NCBI GenBank assembly: GCA_963716395.1
Contig: OY970309.1
Location: 3,520,001-3,584,000, forward strand
Direction of reading: 5' to 3'
DNA length: 64,000 bases
DNA from: an uncultured Fibrobacteria bacterium
Lineage (GTDB): Bacteria > Fibrobacterota > Fibrobacteria > UBA11236
Below, piece by piece: positions 19,723 through 29,115 of this stretch (position 1 is its first letter; the number at the start of each line of letters is the position of its first letter). The translations under genes and the position numbers were made by a program. Below the pieces are notes generated by a model, which saw nothing but the letters and a program-made list of their open reading frames with translations, was not told the DNA's origin and did no database searches.

Positions 19723-20454
19723 TTGAGCCGTGACGCTTCCTCGTTTTGGGATCATGTTCAGGAACTTCGCTCCCGACTCATCAAATCGTTGATCGGGGTG
19801 GCCGTCGGTACCGGCCTCGCCTTCTGGCAATGGGAACGCATCTGGGCCTGGATGGTCCGACCCATCACCGCCCAGAAATTAAAAGTGGCCTTCATCGCCA
19901 CTTCGCCGATGGAAACCGTCATGACCAGCTTCAAGCTGTCGCTCATCGCGGGATTTCTGCTGGCCTTCCCCTGGGTGATCTGGCAGGTGTGGCGTTTCAT
20001 CGCCCCGGGTCTGTACATCAAGGAGCGCGGATTGTTCCTGGGAGTTTTCTGCGGCTCCGTCGTCATGTTCGTGGTGGGGGCGTTGTTCTGTTATTTCTAC
20101 GTACTGCCCACCGGCTTGAATTTTCTGGCCAATTACATGCAGGGCGAAGTCGCGCAAAGCTGGCGGCAAGAAGAATTCTCGGAATTCGTAGTTCAATTTC
20201 TCATGGCCTTTGGAATCATCTTTGAAATGCCGGTGGCCGCCTTTGTCTTGGGGCGCCTGGGCCTGGTGACGCCGAAGGCCATGTGGGGATTCTTCCGTTT
20301 CGCGATTGTCATCATCTTCATCGTCGCCGCGATCTTGACGCCCAGCCCCGATCCGATTTCCCAAATCATGATGGCCTTGCCGGTGTGCCTCCTGTACGTG
20401 ATGTCCATCGGTATCTGCGCGCTGGCGCAAAAGCAGGCGGCGACGGCGCCATGA
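19723..20454 (+). CDS. tatC: Twin-arginine translocase subunit TatC
   Basis: FWDHVQELRSRL, WRFIAPGLY..E, FEMP, AAILTPSPDPISQ. Confidence 0.95.
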   Translation: MSRDASSFWDHVQELRSRLIKSLIGVAVGTGLAFWQWERIWAWMVRPITAQKLKVAFIATSPMETVMTSFKLSLIAGFLLAFPWVIWQVWRFIAPGLYIKERGLFLGVFCGSVVMFVVGALFCYFYVLPTGLNFLANYMQGEVAQSWRQEEFSEFVVQFLMAFGIIFEMPVAAFVLGRLGLVTPKAMWGFFRFAIVIIFIVAAILTPSPDPISQIMMALPVCLLYVMSIGICALAQKQAATAP

Positions 20455-21275
20455 TTTTCGATTCTCTGGGCATCGGCGAAGTCGGAGTCATCGTCGCGGT
20501 CATCATCATTTTCGTCGATCCCAAAAAAGTGGGACAAACCGCCCGCGCTTTCGCCCGCTTCCGCCGCAAGTGGTCGGATCTCCAGCGGGAAATGAAACAG
20601 CAGTTCAATACGTTGCTCGACGAAGAGGCCAAAGACACACCCGGGGGTCTGCCGGCGTTGAAGGCCGTTCTGCGCCAGGAAGGCCGCGCTGCCGTCCGGT
20701 CCCTGACGGCAGCCGACCGGGCCGATGCCGCGCGCAAAGCGCTGGAGCACCTGCAGGATTGGTCGGCGTACCGGGAGGCAAAAACCGTGGCCGCCTTTGC
20801 CGGGACGCTGGAAGAAATCGACACCGAACCGGTCATGCGCGCCGTTCTGGCCGCGGGCAAAACCCTGTTATTGCCCTACGTAGATACCGACAAGGACGGG
20901 GTTTCACAATTGCGCATGGCCAGGGTGAAGAATTACGACCGGGATTTGCACGAAGGGGCGTTCGGAATCCTGGAACCGGGCGAAGCATTGCGGGCGGAAA
21001 GCGCCCCCGACCCCGATTTGATCCTCATACCCGGAGTCGCCTTCGATGAAAACGGAGGCCGTCTGGGCCGGGGCCGTGGGTTTTACGACCGCTATTTGCA
21101 GGGTCGGGCCGGATTCAAGGCGGGGCTGGGCTTCGAAGCCCAGATCCTGCGCAAGAAATTTACTTTGGAGCCGCACGATCAGCTTTTGGACGGACTCGTC
21201 ACCGAGCGGCGGACCATGGTGTTTTCCAAGCCGCGCGCGCTCCCGGCGGGTGCGGATCCGACACCGCCAGCCTGA
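20451..21275 (+). CDS. TatB-like N-terminus fused to 5-formyltetrahydrofolate cyclo-ligase
   Basis: N-terminal FDSLGIGEVGVIVAVIIIFVDPKKV plus amphipathic helix; C-terminal EIDT, FGILEP, PGVAFD..GGRLGRGRGFYDRYL, EPHD..LD..VTE; ATGA overlap with tatC. Confidence 0.85.
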   Translation: MIFDSLGIGEVGVIVAVIIIFVDPKKVGQTARAFARFRRKWSDLQREMKQQFNTLLDEEAKDTPGGLPALKAVLRQEGRAAVRSLTAADRADAARKALEHLQDWSAYREAKTVAAFAGTLEEIDTEPVMRAVLAAGKTLLLPYVDTDKDGVSQLRMARVKNYDRDLHEGAFGILEPGEALRAESAPDPDLILIPGVAFDENGGRLGRGRGFYDRYLQGRAGFKAGLGFEAQILRKKFTLEPHDQLLDGLVTERRTMVFSKPRALPAGADPTPPA

Positions 21276-21287
21276 GACGGAACATCC

Positions 21288-22460
21288 ATGCAAGCCATTC
21301 TCGCTTTGGAAGACGGCAACTGCTTTGAAGGCCAGGGCTTCGGCGCCGAGGGCCGTTGCGAAGGCGAAGTGTGTTTCAACACCGCCATGACCGGGTATCA
21401 GGAAATTCTCACCGACCCGTCGTATGCGGGACAAATCGTGACGCTTACCTATCCCGAAATCGGCAATTACGGGGTCAATCCCGAAGACGTCGAGTCGACG
21501 CGCATTCAGGCCGCGGGATTGGTGGTAAAAAACCTCTGTCCTTATCCCTCCAACTACCGGGCGCAAAGCGACAGCCAAAATCCCGTCACGGTGTCGGAGT
21601 ATTTGCGGCGTCAGGGTGTTCCCGGCCTGCAAGGTATCGACACCCGGCGGCTGGTGCGCCTGCTGCGCGAAAAAGGCGCGCAAAACGGCGTGCTGGTTTG
21701 CGGCTCCTATGATCGGGACGCGGTGCGCGCTGACGCCCGCCGCGTGCGCTCGCTTTCCGCCACCGACTTTGTGAAACAGGTCACGGTACCGGCCCAAATG
21801 CCCTGGCAGGGAGGGGAGAATCCCTTGGCCTTTCAGTTGCCGGAAAAACGGGTGCAACGTTGGAGGATTGCCGCCATCGATTACGGCGCCAAGCAGAACA
21901 TTCTGCGCAAACTCGAATCGCTGGGCGCGCGCGTGACGCGCTTCCCCGCCGACGCCACGGCCGCCGATATTCTGGCGATCCAGCCCGACGGCGTGCTGCT
22001 CAGCAACGGGCCGGGCGATCCGGCCGTACTCAGTTACGCGGTGGAAACCATCCGCGGCCTGCTGGGGCGCGTCCCCATTTTCGGTATTTGCCTCGGCCAT
22101 CAATTGCTGGCGCAGGCCTTGGGCGGCAAAACCTTCAAGCTCAAATTCGGCCATCGCGGCGCCAACCATCCGGTGCAGGATTTGCGCACGCGCAAAGTCG
22201 AAATCACTTCGCAGAACCACGGCTTTGCGGTCGATCCCGACAGCCTCGACACCGCCCAGGTCGAAATCACCCATCTCAACCTCAACGACGGCACCGTGGC
22301 CGGCCTGCGCCATCGCACCTGGCCCGCGTTTTCGGTGCAATACCATCCCGAAGCCAGCCCGGGCCCCAAGGATTCGCATTATCTCTTCGAGCAGTTTCTG
22401 AAATCGATCGAAGCCCAGGCGGCGGTTTCGGCCGGGGCCGGCCATGCCCAGACGCATTGA
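21288..22460 (+). CDS. carA: Carbamoyl-phosphate synthase small subunit
   Basis: GEVCFNTAMTGYQEILTDPSY, SNGPGDP, FGICLGHQ, QYHPEASPGP. Confidence 0.97.
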   Translation: MQAILALEDGNCFEGQGFGAEGRCEGEVCFNTAMTGYQEILTDPSYAGQIVTLTYPEIGNYGVNPEDVESTRIQAAGLVVKNLCPYPSNYRAQSDSQNPVTVSEYLRRQGVPGLQGIDTRRLVRLLREKGAQNGVLVCGSYDRDAVRADARRVRSLSATDFVKQVTVPAQMPWQGGENPLAFQLPEKRVQRWRIAAIDYGAKQNILRKLESLGARVTRFPADATAADILAIQPDGVLLSNGPGDPAVLSYAVETIRGLLGRVPIFGICLGHQLLAQALGGKTFKLKFGHRGANHPVQDLRTRKVEITSQNHGFAVDPDSLDTAQVEITHLNLNDGTVAGLRHRTWPAFSVQYHPEASPGPKDSHYLFEQFLKSIEAQAAVSAGAGHAQTH

Positions 22461-23220
22461 CCCGGCGGGCCTGCGCGGCGGGCTGCATGCGGTCGAAGCC
22501 CTGATCCGGAAAGAGCCCCGGCGGGTCCGTTCGTTGGCGCTGCAACGCGATGCCGGCAATCCCCGGCTGTATGCCTTGCAGCGCCTGGCCGAAGAGGCGG
22601 GTATCCGCGTGCGGCAATTGCCCCGCTCCCAGCTCGATGCCTGGTTTGCCGGGCCGCATCAGGGCGCGGTGGCTTTTTGCGAAACCCAGTCGCTGGAAGA
22701 CTGGGCCGGTTTGCGCACGCGCCTGCTGGCCGCCCGGGATCGGGGCGAAAGCCCTCTGGTGGTCGTAGCCGCGGCCTTGGAAGACCCGCGCAATCTCGGG
22801 GCCTGCATCCGCTCCGCGGCCGGACTCGGCGTATCTTGTCTGTTACTGCCGAACAAGGGATCGACGGGTCTGACGGCGACGGCGGGCAAAGCGGCGGCGG
22901 GCGCAGAAAACCTGTTCCCCTTATGCCGCGTCGGCGACATGGAAAAGGAAATCAAGCTTCTGGCCGCGGCCGGATTCGCCGTATGGGGGTTGGACGCTAC
23001 CGGCCAAGCCGCCCATACCGTGGATTTGCGCGGTCCGCTGGTACTGGTGCTGGGCGGCGAAGACCGCGGCATCCCCCCGCATATCGGCCGGGCTTTGACA
23101 GGAAAACTCCGGCTGCCCATGGCCGAAGGGCTGCATTCGTACAATGCTTCGGCGGCGCTGGCGCTGGTCCTGTACGAGGCGGCACGGCAACGCGGGTTTC
23201 CCGAGCGCCTGGCGCTGTAA
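22444..23220 (+). CDS. SPOUT/TrmH-family RNA methyltransferase (RlmB-like)
   Basis: HQGAVA, EDPRNLGACIRSA, VLGGEDRGI, SYNASAA. Confidence 0.88.
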   Translation: MPRRIDPAGLRGGLHAVEALIRKEPRRVRSLALQRDAGNPRLYALQRLAEEAGIRVRQLPRSQLDAWFAGPHQGAVAFCETQSLEDWAGLRTRLLAARDRGESPLVVVAAALEDPRNLGACIRSAAGLGVSCLLLPNKGSTGLTATAGKAAAGAENLFPLCRVGDMEKEIKLLAAAGFAVWGLDATGQAAHTVDLRGPLVLVLGGEDRGIPPHIGRALTGKLRLPMAEGLHSYNASAALALVLYEAARQRGFPERLAL

Positions 23221-23328
23221 CGCTCGCTTCCGCGACTTGGAGTTGTTTGAATCCCGCGTCGACCCGCCCGGTAAAACCCGCCCCATGTCCGGAGCTATTC
23301 GCGCGGCTCCAACCCCTATAATCGAAAC

Positions 23329-24588
23329 ATGCTGGAACGCGTACGCCGCCCGACGGGATGGCTGGGAAAACTTTCCCAACCCCTGCGCCGGCTGGCCATA
23401 GCCTCGATCACCTTGTGGATTGCCGCCGGCGCCGCCGCCATGCTGACGCCCATCCTGCGTTCGGAGACGAATCCGAAAAAAACGCCGACCCCTTCTGTGG
23501 TGCCGAATGACCCAAGTGCCGAAGCTCCGGCACGCGACTCCGCGTTGCCGATGACGCCCACCGTGGCGACTCAGGCATCCGAAGTGAACACCGCAGACGA
23601 CGTCGCCTTGCGCCGCGTCATCGATTTGTATTGGGCCAACCGCGAATACGCCCAAGCGGCACCCTTCGTGGATCAGGCCTGGGCCGCGGGCTGGCGCGAC
23701 ACTTCTTTTCTCGCGCATGCGGCCGAAATCTATCTGGACAATGCCGAGTATGCCAAAGCCGCAGCCGCGGCTGCCCAAGGTTTGCAGCAGGATTCAGGTT
23801 CGCTCCCGTTCTGGCGCGTGGCCGGCATGTCCGCTTTTCGGCTGGGGCATTACGCCGACGGCATGCAACTTGACAGTACGGCGCTGAAACGCTTTCCGGA
23901 TCAAATGGATTTGCTGGTCGATCGCGGCACCATGGAAGTGGAAATGGGCCCCGGCCATCCCGGTTACGGCCGTAGTTTGCAACGCGCGTTGCAACTCGAT
24001 TCCAATTGGCTGCCGGCTTTGTACCTGCTTGGGCGCAAACACTCTCTGGAAGGGAATTTCGGCGACGCCGAACGCGTCTTCCGCCGCGTAACGCAACGCG
24101 ATTCGAATTACGCCAAGGCCTGGGCGCAATTGGGAATCGCCTTATATCAGCAGGGAAAAATGGAGGCGGCGGGGCCGTGCATGATTCAAGCCTTGAAGGA
24201 AAACCCGCGAGATTACAACTCGTGGTACAACCTGGGCGAATGGTACTCCCGGAAAATGGATCAGACCTCCGACGCCGACAGCGTGCGCGTGCTGCGCGAA
24301 AAAGCCATGCAATGCTATTTGCATACGGTGGAATTGAACCCGGATCAGGTGCAGGCCCAATTTCGCATCGGTGTTCTGCTGCATGGCAACGGGCAATTCA
24401 AAGAAGCCATCCGCCATTTCGAAGCCGCGGTGCGCGTCGATTCCACCGATGCGGCGGCGTGGTTTCAAATGGGGGTCGCGTATCAACGTCTGGCCCAACG
24501 CGAAAAAGCGCGCGCCTGCGTGGAACACGCTTTTCAGTTGCAACCGCTCAATCCGGTGATCATCGCGAAATTGCGCGAACTTTCCTAA
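23329..24588 (+). CDS. Tetratricopeptide repeat protein with N-terminal membrane anchor
   Basis: Hydrophobic N-terminal helix, Pro-rich linker, several TPR units (AWAQLGIALYQQG, SWYNLG, AWFQMGVAY). Confidence 0.85.
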   Translation: MLERVRRPTGWLGKLSQPLRRLAIASITLWIAAGAAAMLTPILRSETNPKKTPTPSVVPNDPSAEAPARDSALPMTPTVATQASEVNTADDVALRRVIDLYWANREYAQAAPFVDQAWAAGWRDTSFLAHAAEIYLDNAEYAKAAAAAAQGLQQDSGSLPFWRVAGMSAFRLGHYADGMQLDSTALKRFPDQMDLLVDRGTMEVEMGPGHPGYGRSLQRALQLDSNWLPALYLLGRKHSLEGNFGDAERVFRRVTQRDSNYAKAWAQLGIALYQQGKMEAAGPCMIQALKENPRDYNSWYNLGEWYSRKMDQTSDADSVRVLREKAMQCYLHTVELNPDQVQAQFRIGVLLHGNGQFKEAIRHFEAAVRVDSTDAAAWFQMGVAYQRLAQREKARACVEHAFQLQPLNPVIIAKLRELS

Positions 24589-24601
24589 AATCCGCGCGGT
24601 C

Positions 24602-24618
24602 GGTGAGCCTGTCGAACC
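24602..24618. repeat. Single REP-like core copy
   Basis: ggtgagcctgtcgaacc between convergent genes; same core as at 13799 and 14645. Confidence 0.65.
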
Positions 24619-24625
24619 GGCCGGA

Positions 24626-25465
24626 TTACACGCTTTCGCGCGCCATGTTTCCGGCGCGTTCGCTGGAGAGGGCCGGGACAGCCGTGGCCGACATAGCAGG
24701 CCGGAGGATGGGCCGGCGTCGGAAAGCATACCAATGCTGCAACAGATAATTGCTCAGGGGATAATCGGGTGCATCCACCAGACCAAAGCGTTTGGGCTTG
24801 CTGGCCGGCAAATAGGCGGTGCCGAAAATCCAATCCCAAAACGCCAGCTTGGTGGAGAAATTGACGTCGATCACTTCGGTGGCATGATGCCAGCGGTGCA
24901 TTTCGGGCCCGTTGATGATCTTTTGCAGCCAGCCGGAGCGCACGTCGATATTGGAATGGATGTACATCCCCCACACCAAATCGATGACGGCCTTGAAATA
25001 GCCGATTTCCGGCGGCGCCCCCAACAGCACGATGGGAGCGAATTCAATGGTTTGGTTGATCAGAATTTCCAGCGAATGCGAGCGCGAGCCCGACAGCCAA
25101 TCGACGTCGGGGGTGGAATGGTGGGCTTCGTGAATGCGCCACAGCCAGGAAACGCGATGCTGCAGGCGATGGAACCAATAGATGTAAAAGTCGTGGAGCA
25201 CGAGAAAAAACACCGCTTGCAGCGGCACTGGCCAATCGCCGACCAGATGCAGCCTGCCCGCGGCCACAACATTCAAGCCGTCGATGATCAACTGAATGAT
25301 GGTTCCCAACACCCAGTTCTGTAAAAAGGTGTAAAGCAGGAGATCCATCCAGAATCCCTGCCGGAAAAATTTCTGGCCCGGTGTGTACGGGTATCGCCTT
25401 TCCAAGGCCACGAAAGTCACCGTCGCGATGAACATCACAACGGTGGAATAGACGGGCGCGTGCAT
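24626..25465 (-). CDS. Fatty acid hydroxylase / sterol desaturase family protein
   Basis: His boxes HRLQH, HEAHHS, HSNI, HRWHH; WDWIFGT. Confidence 0.9.
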   Translation of the reverse strand: MHAPVYSTVVMFIATVTFVALERRYPYTPGQKFFRQGFWMDLLLYTFLQNWVLGTIIQLIIDGLNVVAAGRLHLVGDWPVPLQAVFFLVLHDFYIYWFHRLQHRVSWLWRIHEAHHSTPDVDWLSGSRSHSLEILINQTIEFAPIVLLGAPPEIGYFKAVIDLVWGMYIHSNIDVRSGWLQKIINGPEMHRWHHATEVIDVNFSTKLAFWDWIFGTAYLPASKPKRFGLVDAPDYPLSNYLLQHWYAFRRRPILRPAMSATAVPALSSERAGNMARESV

Positions 25466-25466
25466 A

Positions 25467-26399
25467 TCAGTTGGGCACGGCGGCGCCCGATTCCACCCGG
25501 CGCAATTTCTTGCGCTGGGCCATTTCCGTCGGGGTGACCTTTTTGATACCGTCTCCGAGAGCGCGTTCGACGTCGCGGATGTTGGAAACCAGGCGAATGA
25601 GGCCGCCGATCTCCACCGACGCCGCCTGATCACTGCCCCACATGGCGCGGTCCAGCGTAATGTGGCGCTCGACAAAGGTGGCACCCAGACTGACCGCCGC
25701 CCAGGTGGGCGCCAATCCGACTTCATGTCCCGAATAGCCGATGGGACATTGCGGGTACATGCCTTGCAGCGTGTGGATCATGCGCAGGTTCAGATCTGCG
25801 GGCGGGCACGGATAAGACGAAGTCGAGTGCGCCACCAGCAGGTTCTCCGTGCCCACGGCATCGACCGCGGCCTGGATTTCTTCCAGGGTCGACATGCCGG
25901 TGGAAATGATCAGCGGCACTCCGGTACTTTTCATCTTCTTCAAGAGCGGAAGGTCGGTCAGCGACGCCGAAGCGGCCTTATAGCAAGGCGGAGAAAACTG
26001 CTCCATGAAATCCACCGCATTTTCGTCCCAACAGGACACAAACCAGAGGATTTTGCGCTCCCGGCAATGACGATCGATTTCGGCGTAATCGGAGGTTGAA
26101 AGCTCCACGCGGTGGCGGTAATCGATGTATTTCATGCGCCCCCAGGGCGTATCGCGTTCGACATCCCATTGATCGCGCGGCACGCACAGTTCGGGCGTGC
26201 GCTTCTGGAATTTAACCGCGTCGGCTCCGGCCAGCACGGCGCCGTCGATCAGCCGTTTGGCGATATCGAGCGATCCGTTGTGATTGATCCCGATTTCGGC
26301 GATCACGAAAACCAGGTGCCCGTCGCCCACCCAACGGTCCCTGATTTTGATTTCGTTCCGAATCGCTTTGCCGTTCGCTTTCACGGGTTCCCCTTTCAT
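25467..26399 (-). CDS. N-acetylneuraminate synthase (NeuB/SpsE) family protein
   Basis: IAEIGINHNG, VKFQKR, HSTSSYP, GYSGHE, ERHITLD; no obvious C-terminal SAF domain. Confidence 0.92.
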   Translation of the reverse strand: MKGEPVKANGKAIRNEIKIRDRWVGDGHLVFVIAEIGINHNGSLDIAKRLIDGAVLAGADAVKFQKRTPELCVPRDQWDVERDTPWGRMKYIDYRHRVELSTSDYAEIDRHCRERKILWFVSCWDENAVDFMEQFSPPCYKAASASLTDLPLLKKMKSTGVPLIISTGMSTLEEIQAAVDAVGTENLLVAHSTSSYPCPPADLNLRMIHTLQGMYPQCPIGYSGHEVGLAPTWAAVSLGATFVERHITLDRAMWGSDQAASVEIGGLIRLVSNIRDVERALGDGIKKVTPTEMAQRKKLRRVESGAAVPN

Positions 26400-26951
26400 T
26401 TATTCCTGCGACGAGACTTTGACATGTATGAGACCTATCAGCCATTCCGCGAATTCCCGAAAAGCGCCGTGGCCGCCCAACCGGGCGCTGCGGAAATGTA
26501 CTCGTTCCAATATCTGCGGCTGGGCATCCGCCGGTGCGCCTGCCAATCCGTCCGGTAAAACCGCCTCCATAACGGCCAAATCGTTCACGTCGTCGCCGAA
26601 ATACGCCGTTTGCTGCGCGGAAACCTGAAATTCCCGCAGGATTTCCGGCAGCGCCGCATGCTTGTCCCGCAGGCCGGCAAATAATTTGACGCCGAGCTTT
26701 TCCGCCCGTCGCTGTACCAACAGCGACGATTCCCGGGTGATGAAGGCGGTTTCGACGCCACAAGTGCGCAAGCGTTCCACCGCCATGCCGTCGCGCAGGT
26801 CGAAACGTTTCAACTCTTCGCCGTGTTCGGAATAGTAGACGCCGCCATCGGTCAGGGTACCGTCGACATCGGTCAGCATGAGACGGATACGGGAGGCCCG
26901 GAGTTGCAATTCGCCCGACTCCAAACGAGGGGCCGAAGCCGCATTCACCAT
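26400..26951 (-). CDS. KdsC-like HAD phosphatase (ulosonate-phosphate phosphatase)
   Basis: DVDGTLTDG, ELKRFDLRDG, GDDVND, GGHGAFREF. Confidence 0.9.
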   Translation of the reverse strand: MVNAASAPRLESGELQLRASRIRLMLTDVDGTLTDGGVYYSEHGEELKRFDLRDGMAVERLRTCGVETAFITRESSLLVQRRAEKLGVKLFAGLRDKHAALPEILREFQVSAQQTAYFGDDVNDLAVMEAVLPDGLAGAPADAQPQILERVHFRSARLGGHGAFREFAEWLIGLIHVKVSSQE

Positions 26952-27754
26952 GCGGTCCAACCGCCGTCGACCACCAGATTGGAGCCGGTCATATAGCTCG
27001 ACGCGTCGCTGCCCAGGAATACCGCGGCCTGGGCGATTTCCTCCGGATTGGCCATGCGCCCCAGCGGGGTTTTGGCGGCATAGCTGCGGACGAAATGTTC
27101 TTCCTGGTTTTGAAACACCCCGCCGGGACACAGACAATTTACCCGCACGCCACGATGCCCCCAGTACGCCGCCAGGAATTTCGTGAACGACACCACCGCG
27201 CCCTTGGAGGCTGGGTACGACGGCGACTTGTAAAAACCCTGGGATCCGTCGGGGCGACGGTAAACGGATTGATCGGGACCGACCAGCCCGTAGGTCGACC
27301 CCACGTTGATGATGCTGCCGGAACCGCGCTCGGCCATGTCGGCCCCCAACACCCTGCATGCCAGAAACGTGCCGGTTACGTTCACCTTCAAGGCCTTTTC
27401 AAACATCTCCAAAGGAAAATTCTCGAACTTGGATTTTTCCGCCGCCTCGGCGCCGTTTTGGAACACGTCGTTCCAGGCGGCATTGTTGAGCAAAACGTCG
27501 ACGCGTCCGAAGCGCTCCCGAATGGCGGCGAGCAGTTTCTGCAGTGAAGATTCGGAAGTGATGTCGGCGCCATGCCCCAAAGTGCGGCAGCCGGTAGACT
27601 GGGATAATTCCTCGGCCGCACGTTCGCAGGCCGCCCCGTCGAGATCGGTGATCACGACAGCGGCACCCGCTTTCGCAAAAGCTCGGCAATGCGCCTTTCC
27701 CAACAGTCCCAGGGCGCCCGTGACCACGGCGACTTTTTCCTGCAACTCACCCAT
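26945..27754 (-). CDS. Short-chain dehydrogenase/reductase
   Basis: TGALGLLG, NNAA, YPASK (YxxxK), VRVNCLCPGG. Confidence 0.92.
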   Translation of the reverse strand: MGELQEKVAVVTGALGLLGKAHCRAFAKAGAAVVITDLDGAACERAAEELSQSTGCRTLGHGADITSESSLQKLLAAIRERFGRVDVLLNNAAWNDVFQNGAEAAEKSKFENFPLEMFEKALKVNVTGTFLACRVLGADMAERGSGSIINVGSTYGLVGPDQSVYRRPDGSQGFYKSPSYPASKGAVVSFTKFLAAYWGHRGVRVNCLCPGGVFQNQEEHFVRSYAAKTPLGRMANPEEIAQAAVFLGSDASSYMTGSNLVVDGGWTAW

Positions 27755-29105
27755 GCGCCGCTTCCTTGGGCTTGACGTTAAAGTTGCTCGTGCGGCGGAA
27801 TACCGGTTCCAGGGGTTCGCCCCGCAAGGTTTTCGCCAAGGCGTTTTTGCTCAGCGCTTCCTGCAACACGCCGAGCGCGGCCCGGTAGGCTTCCAACACG
27901 TGGGCGATATCCGCCTCGGTATGGGCCAAACACAGGGTGTTGAATCCACCCCATAGCGCGCCGCGTTTGATCATCTCTTGCTGCAAAACCGATTTCAGCA
28001 GCAGGGGGTTTTGGCCGGCGGCTTGTTCTTTCGCCTCGAAGACCACCATGGAGCGGGCCCCGAAGCCGACCGCGCGCGTGAATCCATTCAGGCCGAGTTC
28101 GGCCGTCAAGCTGTTATACCCGTCGCGCAACTTGCCGCCCAACATTTCCAGGCGCTCCGGCACCTGATGCCGGCGCAATTCCCCGATGGTGGCTTTGGCG
28201 GCTGCCAGCGACAACGCTTCGCCGCCGAAAGTGGTGAAGAAGAAAACGTCTTTTTCCAACAGGCTCATGACATCGCGACGTCCCGTCAACACCGATAGCG
28301 GCATGCCGTTGGCGACGGCTTTGGAAAAGCAGGCGAGATCGGCAGTGACACCGAAGCGTTCTTGCGCGCCGCCCAGCGCCAGCCGAAAGCCGGTCCACAT
28401 CTCGTCGAAGATGAGCAGAACGCCGCGGGATTGGCACAATTCCTTCAGCCCCTGCAAAAAGCCGGGCTTAGGCGCTTCGAAAACCGTCGGTTCCAGAATC
28501 ACGCAGGCCGTGTCTTCGTCGAGTCCGTCCTCCACGCTGCCCAAATCATTGTAAGCGAAGGTGTGGCTCAACTCCTGCACGGCGGCGGGAATGCCGCGGT
28601 TGCGGTCGGTGACCGAGATGTACCAGTCATGCCAGCCGTGGTAGCCGCAACACAGCACTTTCTCGCGGCCGGTGAAGGCGCGGGCCACCCGCACGGCGGC
28701 CGTGGTGACGTCGCAGCCGGTTTTGCTGAAGCGGACGGATTCGGCGCCCGGCACGGTTGCGGCGATCAATTCGGCGACCTCGACTTCGAGCGGATGCATC
28801 TGGGTGAAGGTGATGCCATCGTCCAGTTGCGCGCGAATGGCGTTGTCGACGGCTTCGTTCGCATAGCCCAATACGAGCGGGCCGACCCCCATGTTTAAAT
28901 CGATGTATTCGTTGCCGTCGACGTCGAACACATGGGCGCCGCGGCCGCGTTGCAGATACTTGGGCGCCACGCCGCGCACCCATTGCCCCGGACCTTTGGC
29001 CAGGGTCTGGGTCACGGCGGGAATGAGGCCCAGCGCGCGCCGGTACCAGGCGTCGGATTGTTCGATGCAGGGAAAATCGGGGTTCATGGCAATGCGGTTC
29101 GGCAT
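27747..29105 (-). CDS. Class III PLP aminotransferase (GSA-aminomutase-like)
   Basis: DVDGNEYID, YHGWHD, LIFDEMWTGFR, FSKAVANG, TTFGG. Confidence 0.9.
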   Translation of the reverse strand: MPNRIAMNPDFPCIEQSDAWYRRALGLIPAVTQTLAKGPGQWVRGVAPKYLQRGRGAHVFDVDGNEYIDLNMGVGPLVLGYANEAVDNAIRAQLDDGITFTQMHPLEVEVAELIAATVPGAESVRFSKTGCDVTTAAVRVARAFTGREKVLCCGYHGWHDWYISVTDRNRGIPAAVQELSHTFAYNDLGSVEDGLDEDTACVILEPTVFEAPKPGFLQGLKELCQSRGVLLIFDEMWTGFRLALGGAQERFGVTADLACFSKAVANGMPLSVLTGRRDVMSLLEKDVFFFTTFGGEALSLAAAKATIGELRRHQVPERLEMLGGKLRDGYNSLTAELGLNGFTRAVGFGARSMVVFEAKEQAAGQNPLLLKSVLQQEMIKRGALWGGFNTLCLAHTEADIAHVLEAYRAALGVLQEALSKNALAKTLRGEPLEPVFRRTSNFNVKPKEAAHG

Positions 29106-29115
29106 CGTATTTCCT

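Noticed and set aside
27747-29105. hemL assignment
   Set aside because: Context is sugar biosynthesis with no hem genes, and the N-terminus lacks the PGGVNSP motif
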